A stretch of 64,000 nt of DNA from Chitinivibrionales bacterium (GCA_038247415.1 JBBRUX010000016.1:1-64000); one strand, 5' to 3'; positions 1 through 11,037 are shown, counted from the first letter of the stretch. Notes: a model not told the origin generated them from the letters alone. Translations and numbers: made by a program.

Positions 1-834
1 CGCATAGTTGACTATGAGATGAACGGCGGGTTCGAGCACTGACCCCCGGTAATGCACTGAAAGATTTTAATGCAAAACTTTAAACAACAAAGACCACTTA
101 AAAATGATAAATAAAATTGTCAAAAAAAGTCTACCACCTCACTGTGCCTTTGTCCCAGACCCCGCATCCTACCAATAAAACCGTAAGCAAAAGAGGTACT
201 ATCCCCTTCTGCAGCATAAAATTGATGTTAATTCTGTTCATTGTGTTTCCCCTAATGTGTTCATTTTTAAAATGTAGTGTAGCCATTTTGATCATCTCTC
301 TTTAGGTTTTTCCCTGCACCTGTGCACGATTCACTTTGTATGATTTTCCTTATCCCACATACCTACGTACCCTTCCCCCCTCCAGTTTTTGTGTAAGTAA
401 AAAAATCAACCATAAAAAGTGCTTTGTGGAACTTTACAGTAACTTTCCACATGCTAAATTGCAATTATCATGCCACGGGTTGCCGATCAGGCAAATGGGT
501 AGTTTGCACATAAATTGGGATTATACGAAACAGTGCAGGTCTACTATCATCACCTTTCCCGATAATGACAATTCCTGTGTAGTGAAAATGGGAAGTCTGT
601 AATACAACGGGCTTGGTCAGTTAAACTTTGAGTTTCCAACTGCTTGACATTGAGTATCCTTACGCATGAATCTGCTTTTTCAGCAATAGATGTAGCACTT
701 TATCCGTAAATCGTATGATTATCTGAGTGAAAACAAGGGTATAATGCTGGTTGCTGAGTTGTATAATAAGGCTTAAAAAAGGCTCAGCAACAAAATTTTT
801 TCATATAACACGTTGATACCAAGGGAGATAAACT

Positions 835-1260
835 ATGATTGATTTTAATCTTTTTCTCATTCCGTTTCTGGTTGTCGGTATTGGCAATTTTTTTCTAAGT
901 TGGCTCTTCTATTCACCAGCAGTGCCTTGGTTTAAAGCATGGCAAATTGGGGTAGGCATCGACACCCCCAAAACCAAGATGACGCCTGAAGACCTAAAGG
1001 CGGTGCCTCGTTTGATGGGGGGAGCTGTCGTTGCTACGTTTTTGTTTTCGTATGGGTTGCAGGTTATCATTCATAGCATCGGGGTACACAGTTTTATTTC
1101 TGGCGCATTGATTGGTCTTGTTATCTGGGCCGGGTTTGCCGTTACGCATAGTTTGAATACGCAGTTCGAGGGACGAAAACCCGTAGTTCTGATTATCAAT
1201 AATGTCTTGTATCTCTTTACGTATGCCGCTTTTGGGGGACTTGTTGCAGTGTGGCAATAA
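835..1260 (+). CDS. DUF1761-like small membrane protein
   Basis: 141 aa, four hydrophobic segments, W-x-x-Y-S-P...W N-terminal pattern; GGGAG RBS upstream. Confidence 0.7.
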   Translation: MIDFNLFLIPFLVVGIGNFFLSWLFYSPAVPWFKAWQIGVGIDTPKTKMTPEDLKAVPRLMGGAVVATFLFSYGLQVIIHSIGVHSFISGALIGLVIWAGFAVTHSLNTQFEGRKPVVLIINNVLYLFTYAAFGGLVAVWQ

Positions 1261-1450
1261 CCTCTCGCATATTATCAAGCTCACAGTGAGGTGTCTGAAA
1301 ATCATGAAGATATAGGAGTGTTCGTAGATTTCCGGGAGGCCCTCTGGACAAGGCTTTGCTGCGAGGGGCATGCCGCATTAAAAGCATAAAAAATAGGCGG
1401 ATCCGGAATTTACCCTAACAAAAAAATATGCCTATATTCGGAAACTACTA

Positions 1451-2116
1451 ATGAAGAATGATACATTATTTTCTTTGAAGCCCTACGAGATAACCCACAT
1501 TTCTGAGATTGCATCGGGAGTGTTTACAATCCGATTTAATCGGGATTTTTATTTTATCCCAGGTCAAGTTGTTGCGTGTGATAGTGTAGCAACAGGCAAT
1601 CCTCGTTTGTATAGTATTGCAAGCGGACCGGCTCAAGACTATGTAGAAATAGTGTTTGATAAGAAGCCCGTAGGATATCTAACACCAAAGCTTGCAGCGT
1701 GCAAAAAAGGCGATATGATTTTTGTGTCCGCTCCCCGGGGGAGCTTTTTTGGTACCTTAGAAACCGCATGGTGGATTGCTACTGGTACAGGTATTGCGCC
1801 CTTTAAATCGATGCTTGATGCGGGCATGGGGCTTAACAAGAAGGCCATTCATGGAGGGCGCAGCCCGAGCTCTTTTTATTATAGCCAAGATTTTTTCGAT
1901 AAATTGGGAAGCAACTATATTCGTTGCTCTTCCACAAGCAATGACCCTGAATTTTATAAAGGGCGGTTAACTGAGTATTTGATGTCGTTTGCGGTGCTTT
2001 TGCCAGATTGCTGGTATTTTTTATGCGGGAGTGCCGAAATGGTTGTTCAGGTGAGAGATATTTTGCTTTTAAAAGGAGTTCCTTATCCCCGCATTATTGC
2101 AGAAACGTATTTTTAA
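1451..2116 (+). CDS. FAD/NAD(P)-binding oxidoreductase (ferredoxin-NADP reductase family)
   Basis: RLYSIAS FAD motif, ATGTGIAPF, LCGS and C-terminal E-x-Y-F. Confidence 0.85.
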   Translation: MKNDTLFSLKPYEITHISEIASGVFTIRFNRDFYFIPGQVVACDSVATGNPRLYSIASGPAQDYVEIVFDKKPVGYLTPKLAACKKGDMIFVSAPRGSFFGTLETAWWIATGTGIAPFKSMLDAGMGLNKKAIHGGRSPSSFYYSQDFFDKLGSNYIRCSSTSNDPEFYKGRLTEYLMSFAVLLPDCWYFLCGSAEMVVQVRDILLLKGVPYPRIIAETYF

Positions 2117-2119
2117 TGT

Positions 2120-3187
2120 ATGCCTGACCAGATCCCTTCTCCCCCAATTAATAGAGTCTCCCTTTTTGGAAAAACGCTGCGCGAAATCGAGGCGCTTGTT
2201 GCTTCGCAAGGGTGGCCAAAATTCACCGCGCGCCAGCTCACAGAATGGCTTTATAAGAAAAATGTTGGCGCATTTGAAGAGATGACCAATCTCTCAAAAA
2301 AAATAAGGAATGAACTAGAGGAAAAGTTTGTTTTAGGAATTTCTGCGCCTACATCGTTTCAAGAATCTATTGATGGCACAAAAAAATATCTGTTTCCTAC
2401 TGCGTCAAACAGGTTTGTTGAATCTGCGTATATACCGCACGAAGAGCGAAAAACACTCTGTGTCTCATCGCAGGTTGGCTGTAAAATGGGGTGCCTTTTT
2501 TGCATGACTGGCAAGCAAGGGTTTATGGCTCAGCTAACGTCAGGGGAAATTGTTAATCAGGTTCGAAGTCTTCCAGAGCGAGATATACTTACCAATTTTG
2601 TCTATATGGGTATGGGAGAACCGTTTGATAATATCGAGGAAGTAATAAAAAGCCTCGAAGTTTTTACTTCAGTTTGGGGCTACGCGCTCAGCCCGCGAAG
2701 ATTTACCGTTTCGTCTATTGGCGTAATCCCCGGGATGATGGAGTTTTTAAAAAGAACCGAGGCGCATTTGGCCATTAGCCTTCACTCTCCCTTCGATGAA
2801 GAACGCAAAAGTCTCATGCCTATTCAGAATGTATATCCGATACACGAGGTTCTCGAGAATATAAAGCAGTGGGATTTTGGGCTTCAGCGTCGAGTAAGCT
2901 TCGAGTATATTATGTTTAATGGCGTTAATGACACCTCAAATCATGTCAATGAGCTTGCGCGCATTCTGCATGGAATATCATGTCGCATTAACCTTATTCG
3001 TTTTCACCCCATTCCCCATACCCCGCTCGCGGGCAGCCCCGATTCTGTTATTTTTGCATTCCAGGAAAAGCTTAAGGCAAAAGGAATTATAACAACAATT
3101 CGTTCCTCACGCGGCCTCGATATTTTTGCCGCATGTGGAATGTTGTCAACAAAAGCGCTTGTAAAGAAGCAGGAAGAAGATTTTTAG
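2120..3187 (+). CDS. rlmN: 23S rRNA (A2503)-C2 methyltransferase, radical SAM
   Basis: CVSSQVGCKMGCLFC (CxxxCxxC), MGMGEP, ISLH, AACGML. Confidence 0.95.
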   Translation: MPDQIPSPPINRVSLFGKTLREIEALVASQGWPKFTARQLTEWLYKKNVGAFEEMTNLSKKIRNELEEKFVLGISAPTSFQESIDGTKKYLFPTASNRFVESAYIPHEERKTLCVSSQVGCKMGCLFCMTGKQGFMAQLTSGEIVNQVRSLPERDILTNFVYMGMGEPFDNIEEVIKSLEVFTSVWGYALSPRRFTVSSIGVIPGMMEFLKRTEAHLAISLHSPFDEERKSLMPIQNVYPIHEVLENIKQWDFGLQRRVSFEYIMFNGVNDTSNHVNELARILHGISCRINLIRFHPIPHTPLAGSPDSVIFAFQEKLKAKGIITTIRSSRGLDIFAACGMLSTKALVKKQEEDF

Positions 3188-3203
3188 CTTTCTGCATGGC
3201 GAA

Positions 3204-5102
3204 TTACCAAGCCGAGAAAGGAAGCTTTGGTGATTGTGCACCTGGTGCGCCGATTTCTTTACGAACACCAAGGGTAGCATACCAAAGATTTCTATCCCAA
3301 TAGCCGCCATGAAAAGAATACGACACTCCGCTCGTGAGCATATGGGTAACACCGCCAACTAACCCCGGTGATCCAACAAAAGGGTTGATACCCATTCCAA
3401 TTGACAATCCAACAGGGTCGGTCCAGTATTCGTATCGTAGTTCAGCAACTTTTTGATAGGGCATTGCAGCGCGGGGCATGTTGAAGCTTAGAAGTGCTGC
3501 ATGAGTTGTTCCGATTTTGGCCATAAAAAGCGGCACTAGGTTACGACCAACAATATGAGATGAAAACGTTTTGTCATCTCCAAAAGTAAACCCTCCCCCA
3601 ATTGAAAACAGAGGCCACGAGGCCACCCCATACACAGCACCCAATACACTCGTAGAATTGTAGGGCACATTAATGGTAACGGGAATGTACGGGGCACCAG
3701 AATCTGAAGATTTTATTAATACATTATAAGTTCCATACGAGGAGCCGATATTTAGTCGTTGCCCAATTGTTAAGGAAAACCGAGGAGGTTTGATAAAAAT
3801 TTCTTCGGCGCCGATCATTGCACGCCTTTCATGGGTTTGGTATTGATAGAGGTATGATGGTCCACCGCACGTGGAATGCGAGTAATCTTTCCATGCTGCG
3901 CCACTAAAAGATGCGCCTCCAAGAACTGCGTAATTCCAATAGGAGGGTATATTCGCTGCCTCATTATCTATCACATTACTAGTAACCGTATCTGGTAGCG
4001 TTGCAGAGGTGCCTCTACGTACCAATTTTCCGCTGGCGGTGTCTGCTTCGTAAATATTTACAGGGCGAGAAGATCCTTTACTGGTATCGATATCCCCTGC
4101 TTTTACATGAAGAATGTAGGGGCCAACACAGAGAGTGAGCATTCCAAATACCAACGCAGGACGAAGGACAATGTGGAGCTGCATTTTTTCTTTGAGCACG
4201 ATGGCATATACACTAATAACAGAGAGTGTTGCGACAAAAAGGCCAACCCCCAGGCCAAAAGGAACCCGCCAATAAAGAAGTGGCGCAGCGCAAAGAAATA
4301 TCACTGCGCAATACCCAGCAACTTTAAGTGACAGTGGTTTGTCGGAAATGGGAATGCGCTTTTGAGCTGCAGAAAAAACATGTGCAGCTACCGATAATAG
4401 CGCTAAAAGTAAACCTAAGCCAAAGAGTAGCCACTGGAATCTGGTAAGTGGTCCCCATGGTAGTATGCCCCATGAAACATTTTAGTAATCCCGAATCCAT
4501 TCTAATCAACCTCTGAATATGTAGTACATTCCCATAGAAAATAGAGGTACTGTAAGTGCATTGCGAAATGAGCGATAGAATCTGAAGATAAGGAATATAA
4601 GAACAATGAGAAACAGTGTTTCGTATAATTGAATAGGGTGGACGGGCACGCTAAATTGTGCAGAAGGGCCCACAAGTCCGAGCGTTTTGTGGAGAAAAAG
4701 TGCAAGGGAGTGGTTGCCGTAAACAACCCCTATCGGTAGATGTGTTGGAGAGCCAAAGCAGCATCCCGACAAAAAGCACCCAATGCGCCCTAGTGCAATC
4801 ATACTAAAGAGAGTGACGGTAATAAGCAGACTCGCAGGAAATTGACATTGAATAATACGATGCATGGCAAGGCCCATGAAAATCGCACCAAGAGCACCTC
4901 CCATGACACTAAACAAAAACTGTGATCCGATTGCCGCGCCAAGGATCATTGCTGCAAATACCAGGGCAGTTTTTTTAAGATCTTTCTTCGTGTAAAAAGC
5001 ATACATCATGAGTATGCACTGTATTACAAGAAGATTTCCTAGCCCAAATGTAGGCCATACGGGAAGCCCCCAAAGTGGGATTGTTGTCAGTGGTAAATGC
5101 AT
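3204..5102 (-). pseudogene. Lgt-like prolipoprotein diacylglyceryl transferase fused to a long C-terminal domain, interrupted by two in-frame stops
   Basis: ORFs 4506..5102 and 3204..4304 are in one frame. The link reads YYIFRG*LEWIRDY*NVSWGILPWGPLTRFQWLLFG (TGA 4508-4506, TAA 4484-4482). Lgt motifs GRIGCF..GCC, HPIQLYE, FR..E..R. Confidence 0.75.
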
Positions 5103-5363
5103 ATGAAGTTATAATTCCTTAATTAAAAAGATTCTTGGGTATGGTATGTTTTGCAATTGCATTACCAATGTGTATATCTATCATTTAATTAATATACATA
5201 AGGTTATATTCTTGAGTCAATAAGAATTGACAGAATATACCATTGTTAGAGTGATGTGTATGTTTCTTTTTGTTGTTCTCTGTGTCAAAATGCATACTTT
5301 AATGTATATCGGCTCTTGTTTGATAGTCTGTTGGTTGATGTCATTGCGTTAGTTTTTATCAAG

Positions 5364-5487
5364 TCGCCATTTAATACGAATTATAAAGCAAAAAGGCATT
5401 TAAGTCGCCATAAAGTGATAATAAATTATATCGTAATATATTGCGAATACTTAAGCTTAATTGTATATTATTCGTATGATATGACGA
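5364..5487. promoter_or_regulatory. Four 16-bp TCG-N10-CGA-like palindromes, putative HipB operators
   Basis: TCGCCATTTAATACGA (5364), TCGCCATAAAGTGATA (5405, degenerate), TCGTAATATATTGCGA (5431), TCGTATGATATGACGA (5472), directly upstream of the HTH gene. Confidence 0.6.
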
Positions 5488-5508
5488 ATAAGCAAAAATG
5501 GAGCATCT

Positions 5509-5859
5509 ATGAAAATCACACCCGAAGTAGGCGATCTGGCGGTGCTTGGCGAAATTGGCAACCGAGTTATGCAGGTTCGTATTACTATGGCCATGTCGCA
5601 AGCTGCGCTTGCAAAGCGTGCTGGCATTGGTAAACGCACACTCGAACGATTGGAAAATGGGGAGTCGGTGCAGTTTGTAACGCTTATACGGGTTTTGCGC
5701 GAGCTCGGGCTTCTTGACAATATAAACGTACTCGCGCCAGAATCTGGCCCACGTCCCATGGACTATCTTGCGCGTAAAGGGCATATACGTCAAAGAGCTC
5801 CCCGTGTGTTGCATGTTGGAGAGGCTCCTCTACCTTGGAAGTGGGGAGATGAACAATGA
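5509..5859 (+). CDS. XRE-family HTH antitoxin (HipB-like)
   Basis: MSQAALAKRAGIGKRTLERLENG HTH; ATGA overlap with the hipA-family gene. Confidence 0.85.
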   Translation: MKITPEVGDLAVLGEIGNRVMQVRITMAMSQAALAKRAGIGKRTLERLENGESVQFVTLIRVLRELGLLDNINVLAPESGPRPMDYLARKGHIRQRAPRVLHVGEAPLPWKWGDEQ

Positions 5860-7184
5860 CTACTGTTGCAGAAGTAATGCTCTGGGGAACAACAATAGGT
5901 GCCGTATCTCTGGATGATACCGATGACACAGCTTCGTTTGAGTATAGTAGTGGCATTCTTGGGAGTGGCATTGAGGTTGCGCCTCTTACTATGCCTTTGT
6001 CAAAGAGAATTTACCGTTTTCCGGCACTTTCGCGACCTGCATTTAAGGGTTTGCCAGGGCTTGTGGCCGATTCGCTTCCCGATAAATTTGGAAATGCGGT
6101 CATCGATGCATGGCTTGCCAGACAGGGGAGAACTCCGGAATCATTTAATGCCATTGAACGGCTGTGCTATACAGGAACGCGCGGTATGGGAGCTTTGGAG
6201 TATGGCCCAATGCTTAGTCCTCGTGCACGTTCATCCGAATTACTTGACGTTTCGAAATTGGTAGAGTTGGCATCGACAGTGCTTGCAGAGCGCGAAAACG
6301 TATCGGTGGTTCTCCAAAAAGATACTACCGAAGAGGGCTTGTCGCATATTTTGAGAGTAGGAACTTCAGCGGGAGGAGCTCGCGCTAAGGCGGTTATTGC
6401 TTGGAATCCAGCAACCAATGAGGTGCGATCGGGGCAGGTTTTGGCTCCAACCGGATTTGAGTATTGGCTTATCAAGTTTGATGGCGTATCGGCCAACCGC
6501 GATAAGGAACTGAGTGATCCAAAAGGGTATGGTGCGATCGAATATGCGTATTATCTCATGGCAGTGGATGCGGGAATTACTATGATGCCATGTCGGTTAC
6601 TAGAAGAGAATGGGCGTCGGCATTTTATGACCCGCCGTTTCGATCGCACCACTACGGGACAAAAGATTCACATGCAATCGCTTGGAGCACTGGCGCATTT
6701 CGATTATAATGCAGCAGGATCGTATAGTTACGAGCAAGTTTTTTCCATCGCACGGCGCATTGGGCTTACTATCGATAGTATCGAGGAGCTGTTTCGCCGT
6801 ATGATATTTAATATGGTGGCGCGAAACCAGGATGATCATGTCAAGAATATTGCCTTCCTAATGGATCGCAACGGGCAGTGGCAATTGGCCCCAGCATTTG
6901 ATGTTGTATATAGTTATCAGCCAACAGGTATGTGGACGGGACGGCATCAAATGAGTATAAATGGAAAGCGAGATGGGTTCGACTGGAATGATATCAAGGA
7001 AGTATCTCGGGTGGCAGGCCTTAAGCGCGGCAAAGCCGAATCGCTCTCTTGGAATGTGTATAATGCAGTAACACGGTGGGAGAATTTTGCCCTGGAAGCA
7101 GGGGTTAGTCTAGAACGGATACCTGCGATTTCATCGACCATCCGGCTGTCGCTTAAACCGCCATCCAAACCAGTACGCGTGTAG
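5856..7184 (+). CDS. hipA: HipA-family Ser/Thr kinase toxin
   Basis: DSLPDKFG N-domain, SAGGARAKA P-loop, WLIKF, RFDR, NQDDHVKN, LAPAFD. Confidence 0.92.
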   Translation: MTTVAEVMLWGTTIGAVSLDDTDDTASFEYSSGILGSGIEVAPLTMPLSKRIYRFPALSRPAFKGLPGLVADSLPDKFGNAVIDAWLARQGRTPESFNAIERLCYTGTRGMGALEYGPMLSPRARSSELLDVSKLVELASTVLAERENVSVVLQKDTTEEGLSHILRVGTSAGGARAKAVIAWNPATNEVRSGQVLAPTGFEYWLIKFDGVSANRDKELSDPKGYGAIEYAYYLMAVDAGITMMPCRLLEENGRRHFMTRRFDRTTTGQKIHMQSLGALAHFDYNAAGSYSYEQVFSIARRIGLTIDSIEELFRRMIFNMVARNQDDHVKNIAFLMDRNGQWQLAPAFDVVYSYQPTGMWTGRHQMSINGKRDGFDWNDIKEVSRVAGLKRGKAESLSWNVYNAVTRWENFALEAGVSLERIPAISSTIRLSLKPPSKPVRV

Positions 7185-7439
7185 CTGTGGGAACTATCAA
7201 GTCCAAGCAGTTTTAATGCGGGCAACGGTCGGTGCAGCGCAATGGATCCATGGATTTTCATGCCCGATATCGGCTTGTTTTAAGGTTATTTAAGCTCACA
7301 GTAACTTTTTTAGAATCTCTTTTGCGCTGAATTGTAACCATTTAACCTATCTCGCTCATGTTGGTGCTGAAGTAATCTAATTTAAAGTGCTTGAATTCAA
7401 GATAATACAAATTATTCAATCTGTTGTGTGCGAAACGTG

Positions 7440-7468
7440 TTGACATACAACCTGTAGTTGATTATACT
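7440..7468 (+). promoter_or_regulatory. sigma70-type promoter
   Basis: TTGACA (7440-7445), 17-nt spacer, TATACT (7463-7468). Confidence 0.7.
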
Positions 7469-7544
7469 TAGATAGAAAGTTTTAATGAGGCTACCTTGCC
7501 CCAGTGCATCTCTGCTTTGATCACCTTGTTTTAGAGGAGGGCTT

Positions 7545-7763
7545 ATGCAGCACACTAAAATCAGTTGTCAACAATGTCCTAGTTGTCAAGCATGTTCGCT
7601 TAAAACAAAAATGTTCGTTAATTATTGCGGCTCGCGGGAAGGCACCGTAGAAGAAAACATTAAAAACGCAGTCGCTGAATGCCGGTCTAAAGCAGGGCAT
7701 GTTATGCGCTATAATGTTGTGAGTAGCATTCCCAGATCCCGCTTGCGAGCGCTTGCAGTGTAA
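7545..7763 (+). CDS. Small Cys-rich hypothetical protein (CxxCxxCxxC)
   Basis: 72 aa, strong GAGGAGG RBS, near-consensus promoter upstream, six Cys. Confidence 0.65.
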   Translation: MQHTKISCQQCPSCQACSLKTKMFVNYCGSREGTVEENIKNAVAECRSKAGHVMRYNVVSSIPRSRLRALAV

Positions 7764-7906
7764 GGCTTTTGATTTTTTCAAAGTCGCAATTGTTTTTTTG
7801 TTATACCCTTTTGTGAACGATATGTAGGCTGCGACGCTCAAGAGGCGATCGCAAACCACTGTTTCGTTTGCACCTTTACCTATCTTTATAGTATTATTAT
7901 ACCGAA

Positions 7907-10078
7907 TTGAATGTGAAATCTATTCGTGCTGCCCTTGTGCGGATTCATGAGCTCTTGCGTGCAATGAACAAATTTTTATCCTTACTTTTTGTTTTTTTAA
8001 GCGTGCTATCATTGGTAGTCGTTTCTGGGTGTGCGCTCGCTCCCCATGGTCGACTTCATCCAGATAAAAGTGTTTCAATCCCTAAACCAAACCCTAGTGC
8101 CCACGTTGTGCAATCGGGATCTGCCGTAGCTAATATCGATTCTGGGGTTCCTGCGCATATCGGGGATGCTGCCTTAAATGAGATCAGAACCTTAATTGGT
8201 GCTGCCGATGCTGCCTGCACAAAAGGACAATTTTTTCAAGCAAACGTAGCTGTTTCCGAAGCTATTAACATGATTAATGCGAATCAGGCAGTTTCTGATT
8301 CGGTTTCAACAAATCTTGATACGTTGTATGAGAGCATTGTTTCTATATATATGAAGCTTCCAGCAGAATTCCTTGAGACGTTGCCAGAAGAGCTTGCTCC
8401 CATCATTTTTCAAAAACGGCTTGTTCAAGCGATCGATTCTATTGTGGTTTCGGAAGCCGATAGCATTTCCCTCTCCCGCATGATGAATCAAAAAGGAATT
8501 CATTACGATATTCCTTTGGTCTGGAATTCGCGCGTGCTCAAATCGCTCATCTATTTTAGTCGCGGCAGAAAAGGTCCGGTGGGAGTATGGCTCGATCGCG
8601 CTGCCACGTATGTTCCCGTGATGAGGCCTCTCTTCGCAGAGGCAGGTATCCCTCAAGATTTGGTTTATCTTCCGCTTATCGAATCAGGGTTTAGCTCAAA
8701 AGCATATTCCTACGCACATGCATCTGGAATATGGCAATTTATCCCGGGCACGGGCAAACGGTATGGTCTGCGCATTAACTATTGGCTCGATGAACGTCGC
8801 GATCCCTATAAGGCCACTAAAGCAGCTATAAGCTATCTGAAAACATTGTATGATGAATTTGGTGATTGGTATTTGGCACTTGCTGCGTATAATTGTGGCG
8901 AGGGCAATATGCGTAAGGCCATACAGCGCAAAGGAACCAACGATTTTTGGCAGCTTTCGCTCCCACGAGAAACAAAGGATTATGTCCCTCAATTTATTGC
9001 CGCACTTATTGTTGCCAAGAATCCTCGATGTTTTGGTTTTTCCCCGCCAGAAGAAAAGGCCTTGATTTTTGATACCGCACAAGTCTCGGTGTGTGTTGAT
9101 TTACAAATGATTGCCGATAGTCTTGGTGTACCGCTGGATACGCTCCAAAACGCCAATCCCCATATTATGCGCTGGTGCACACCTCCCGATGCTCAAAATG
9201 TCGCCTTGTTTCTGCCTCGTGGCATAAAGCCTCGTTTCGATTCTCTTATTGCAGCAATTCCCGAGGATAAAAAGATACGATGGTTTGAATACAAGGTGCA
9301 TCGTGGAGAAACGATGGCGTCTATCGCTCGTCAATTTAAAGTTCCGGTAGATGCTATTCGGTCGCTCAATGGAAATTCTGTAAAGCGGCTGATTGCCGGG
9401 AAAAGTGTTTTTTTACCGCTTAAAAGCACCTCTGCGCTAGCGCAATCCTCTGTTGTAGAAACTTCTCCACCGATTGCATCCAGTAAAGAATATGGGCCTC
9501 GTGAAGCAACCTTAGGGACCCTGAAAACGATTGCGTACAAGATTCGTCCTCACGATACCATGTCGGCTCTTGCGCTGCTTTTTAAAACATCAGTAAGTGC
9601 CATTTGTCAAGAAAATGGTTTTTCGCGCCAATCTCCTCTGGTTGTTGGCCGTACTATTAAAATTCCGGGTACTTCGTTTGATGCGAGTGCGGTGGCTCCT
9701 GTTGCAAAAAAAACTCCCGCACGTGTCACAGATTCAGATATTCAATATAAGGTTGCAGCTGGTGATAATTTAAGTTCAATTGCACAAATGTTTGGCACGT
9801 CGGTAGAATCGATTTGTGATCGCAATGGATTATCGGTATCCGAGACCATACAGGCTGGAGATGTAATTCGTGTGCATCCCATTACAGACCGGCAGAAAGC
9901 CGAACAGAATCAGACCATTGTTCTTTACACAGTACGATCTGGTGATAATCTATGGTCGATAGCGCAAACCTTCAAAGTTCCTGTTGAGTCACTGTATCAG
10001 GCTAATGGTCTCAAGAAAGATTCGGTGCTTATTCCTGGAAATAAGCTCAAAATTGTTGCCTCGGTGGAGGGACTGTGA
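7907..10078 (+). CDS. MltD-like lytic murein transglycosylase with multiple LysM domains
   Basis: LPLIES catalytic Glu, GIWQFI, LAAYNCG, ETKDYV; four LysM repeats; possible lipobox VSGC; true start may be 7963. Confidence 0.9.
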   Translation: MNVKSIRAALVRIHELLRAMNKFLSLLFVFLSVLSLVVVSGCALAPHGRLHPDKSVSIPKPNPSAHVVQSGSAVANIDSGVPAHIGDAALNEIRTLIGAADAACTKGQFFQANVAVSEAINMINANQAVSDSVSTNLDTLYESIVSIYMKLPAEFLETLPEELAPIIFQKRLVQAIDSIVVSEADSISLSRMMNQKGIHYDIPLVWNSRVLKSLIYFSRGRKGPVGVWLDRAATYVPVMRPLFAEAGIPQDLVYLPLIESGFSSKAYSYAHASGIWQFIPGTGKRYGLRINYWLDERRDPYKATKAAISYLKTLYDEFGDWYLALAAYNCGEGNMRKAIQRKGTNDFWQLSLPRETKDYVPQFIAALIVAKNPRCFGFSPPEEKALIFDTAQVSVCVDLQMIADSLGVPLDTLQNANPHIMRWCTPPDAQNVALFLPRGIKPRFDSLIAAIPEDKKIRWFEYKVHRGETMASIARQFKVPVDAIRSLNGNSVKRLIAGKSVFLPLKSTSALAQSSVVETSPPIASSKEYGPREATLGTLKTIAYKIRPHDTMSALALLFKTSVSAICQENGFSRQSPLVVGRTIKIPGTSFDASAVAPVAKKTPARVTDSDIQYKVAAGDNLSSIAQMFGTSVESICDRNGLSVSETIQAGDVIRVHPITDRQKAEQNQTIVLYTVRSGDNLWSIAQTFKVPVESLYQANGLKKDSVLIPGNKLKIVASVEGL

Positions 10079-10965
10079 ATAAACGCCAACAGTGGATCAT
10101 TGCAGTAGTTATTTTATTACCGCTTGCTGTTGGTGGGCTTTTATCAATTGGCAAGACGATGCACTCCGGTTCCTTTTTGCATTCTTCTTTTGCAAAGAAA
10201 ATTGGTGTGGTGCGGATTACCGATGTTATTTACGAATCTGAAAATGTTATTGCAAAGCTCAAGGCATACCGAGAAGACGATGCTGTTGGAGGAGTTGTTG
10301 TACGCGTCAATAGTCCGGGTGGGGCAGTGGCACCATCGCAGGAAATTTATGCCGAAATCATGCGCTTTCGGGAAGAAAATAAACCCGTTGTTGTTTCCAT
10401 GGAAAATGTAGCAGCCTCGGGCGGATACTATGTTTCTGCATCAGCCATGAGGATATTTGCTGATCCTGGTACGCTTACCGGAAGCCTTGGCGTTATTATG
10501 CAGTTTCCGCAATATTATAAATTACTCGAAAAAGTCGGCGTGCACATGGTAACGATCAAAGCAGGCAAATTTAAAGATATCGGGTCTCCCAATAGGGCAA
10601 TGACGACCGATGAAACAGTTTATATAGAAGCTCTTTTGCATGACACGCATCTTCAGTTTATCGAGGACGTTGCCCGCGGACGATCGCTTCCAGAGGATTC
10701 AGTAAAGGGACTTGCCGATGGCAGGATTTTTACCGGTCGTCAGGCTGTTGCGCTAGGCCTGGTTGATACTCTCGGGGGTTTTGCCGATGCTATTTCATAT
10801 CTTAAAGAGTATATTGGTTTGCCAAAGGATGCCCGTGTTGACGAAGAGAAAGATAAGGTGCCGTTATGGAAATCATTGGTTACACAAGGGCGATTTCATC
10901 ATGGATCATTCCTTGCAAAGATGTTTCGTCCTTCGGGGTTTTATTATTTGTGTGATATTCTTTGA
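10075..10965 (+). CDS. sppA: Signal peptide peptidase (S49)
   Basis: NSPGG, AASGGYY, TGSLGV, KAGKFK, DGRIFTG. Confidence 0.92.
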   Translation: MNKRQQWIIAVVILLPLAVGGLLSIGKTMHSGSFLHSSFAKKIGVVRITDVIYESENVIAKLKAYREDDAVGGVVVRVNSPGGAVAPSQEIYAEIMRFREENKPVVVSMENVAASGGYYVSASAMRIFADPGTLTGSLGVIMQFPQYYKLLEKVGVHMVTIKAGKFKDIGSPNRAMTTDETVYIEALLHDTHLQFIEDVARGRSLPEDSVKGLADGRIFTGRQAVALGLVDTLGGFADAISYLKEYIGLPKDARVDEEKDKVPLWKSLVTQGRFHHGSFLAKMFRPSGFYYLCDIL

Positions 10966-11037
10966 AAATGTAAGAAATTCCAGGTTTCTAGGATACTAGA
11001 TGTTTGTTTTTTAACACTGTTTTAAAAGGAGTCGAGT

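Noticed and set aside
750..791. Inverted repeat GTTGCTGAG/CTCAGCAAC around a TATAAT
   Set aside because: Single instance with a long loop; operator, terminator and chance cannot be distinguished.
1..830. Short ORFs 117..305 and 336..602, and a tRNA-like GGTTCGAG near position 30
   Set aside because: No motifs or RBS, and no cloverleaf can be built.
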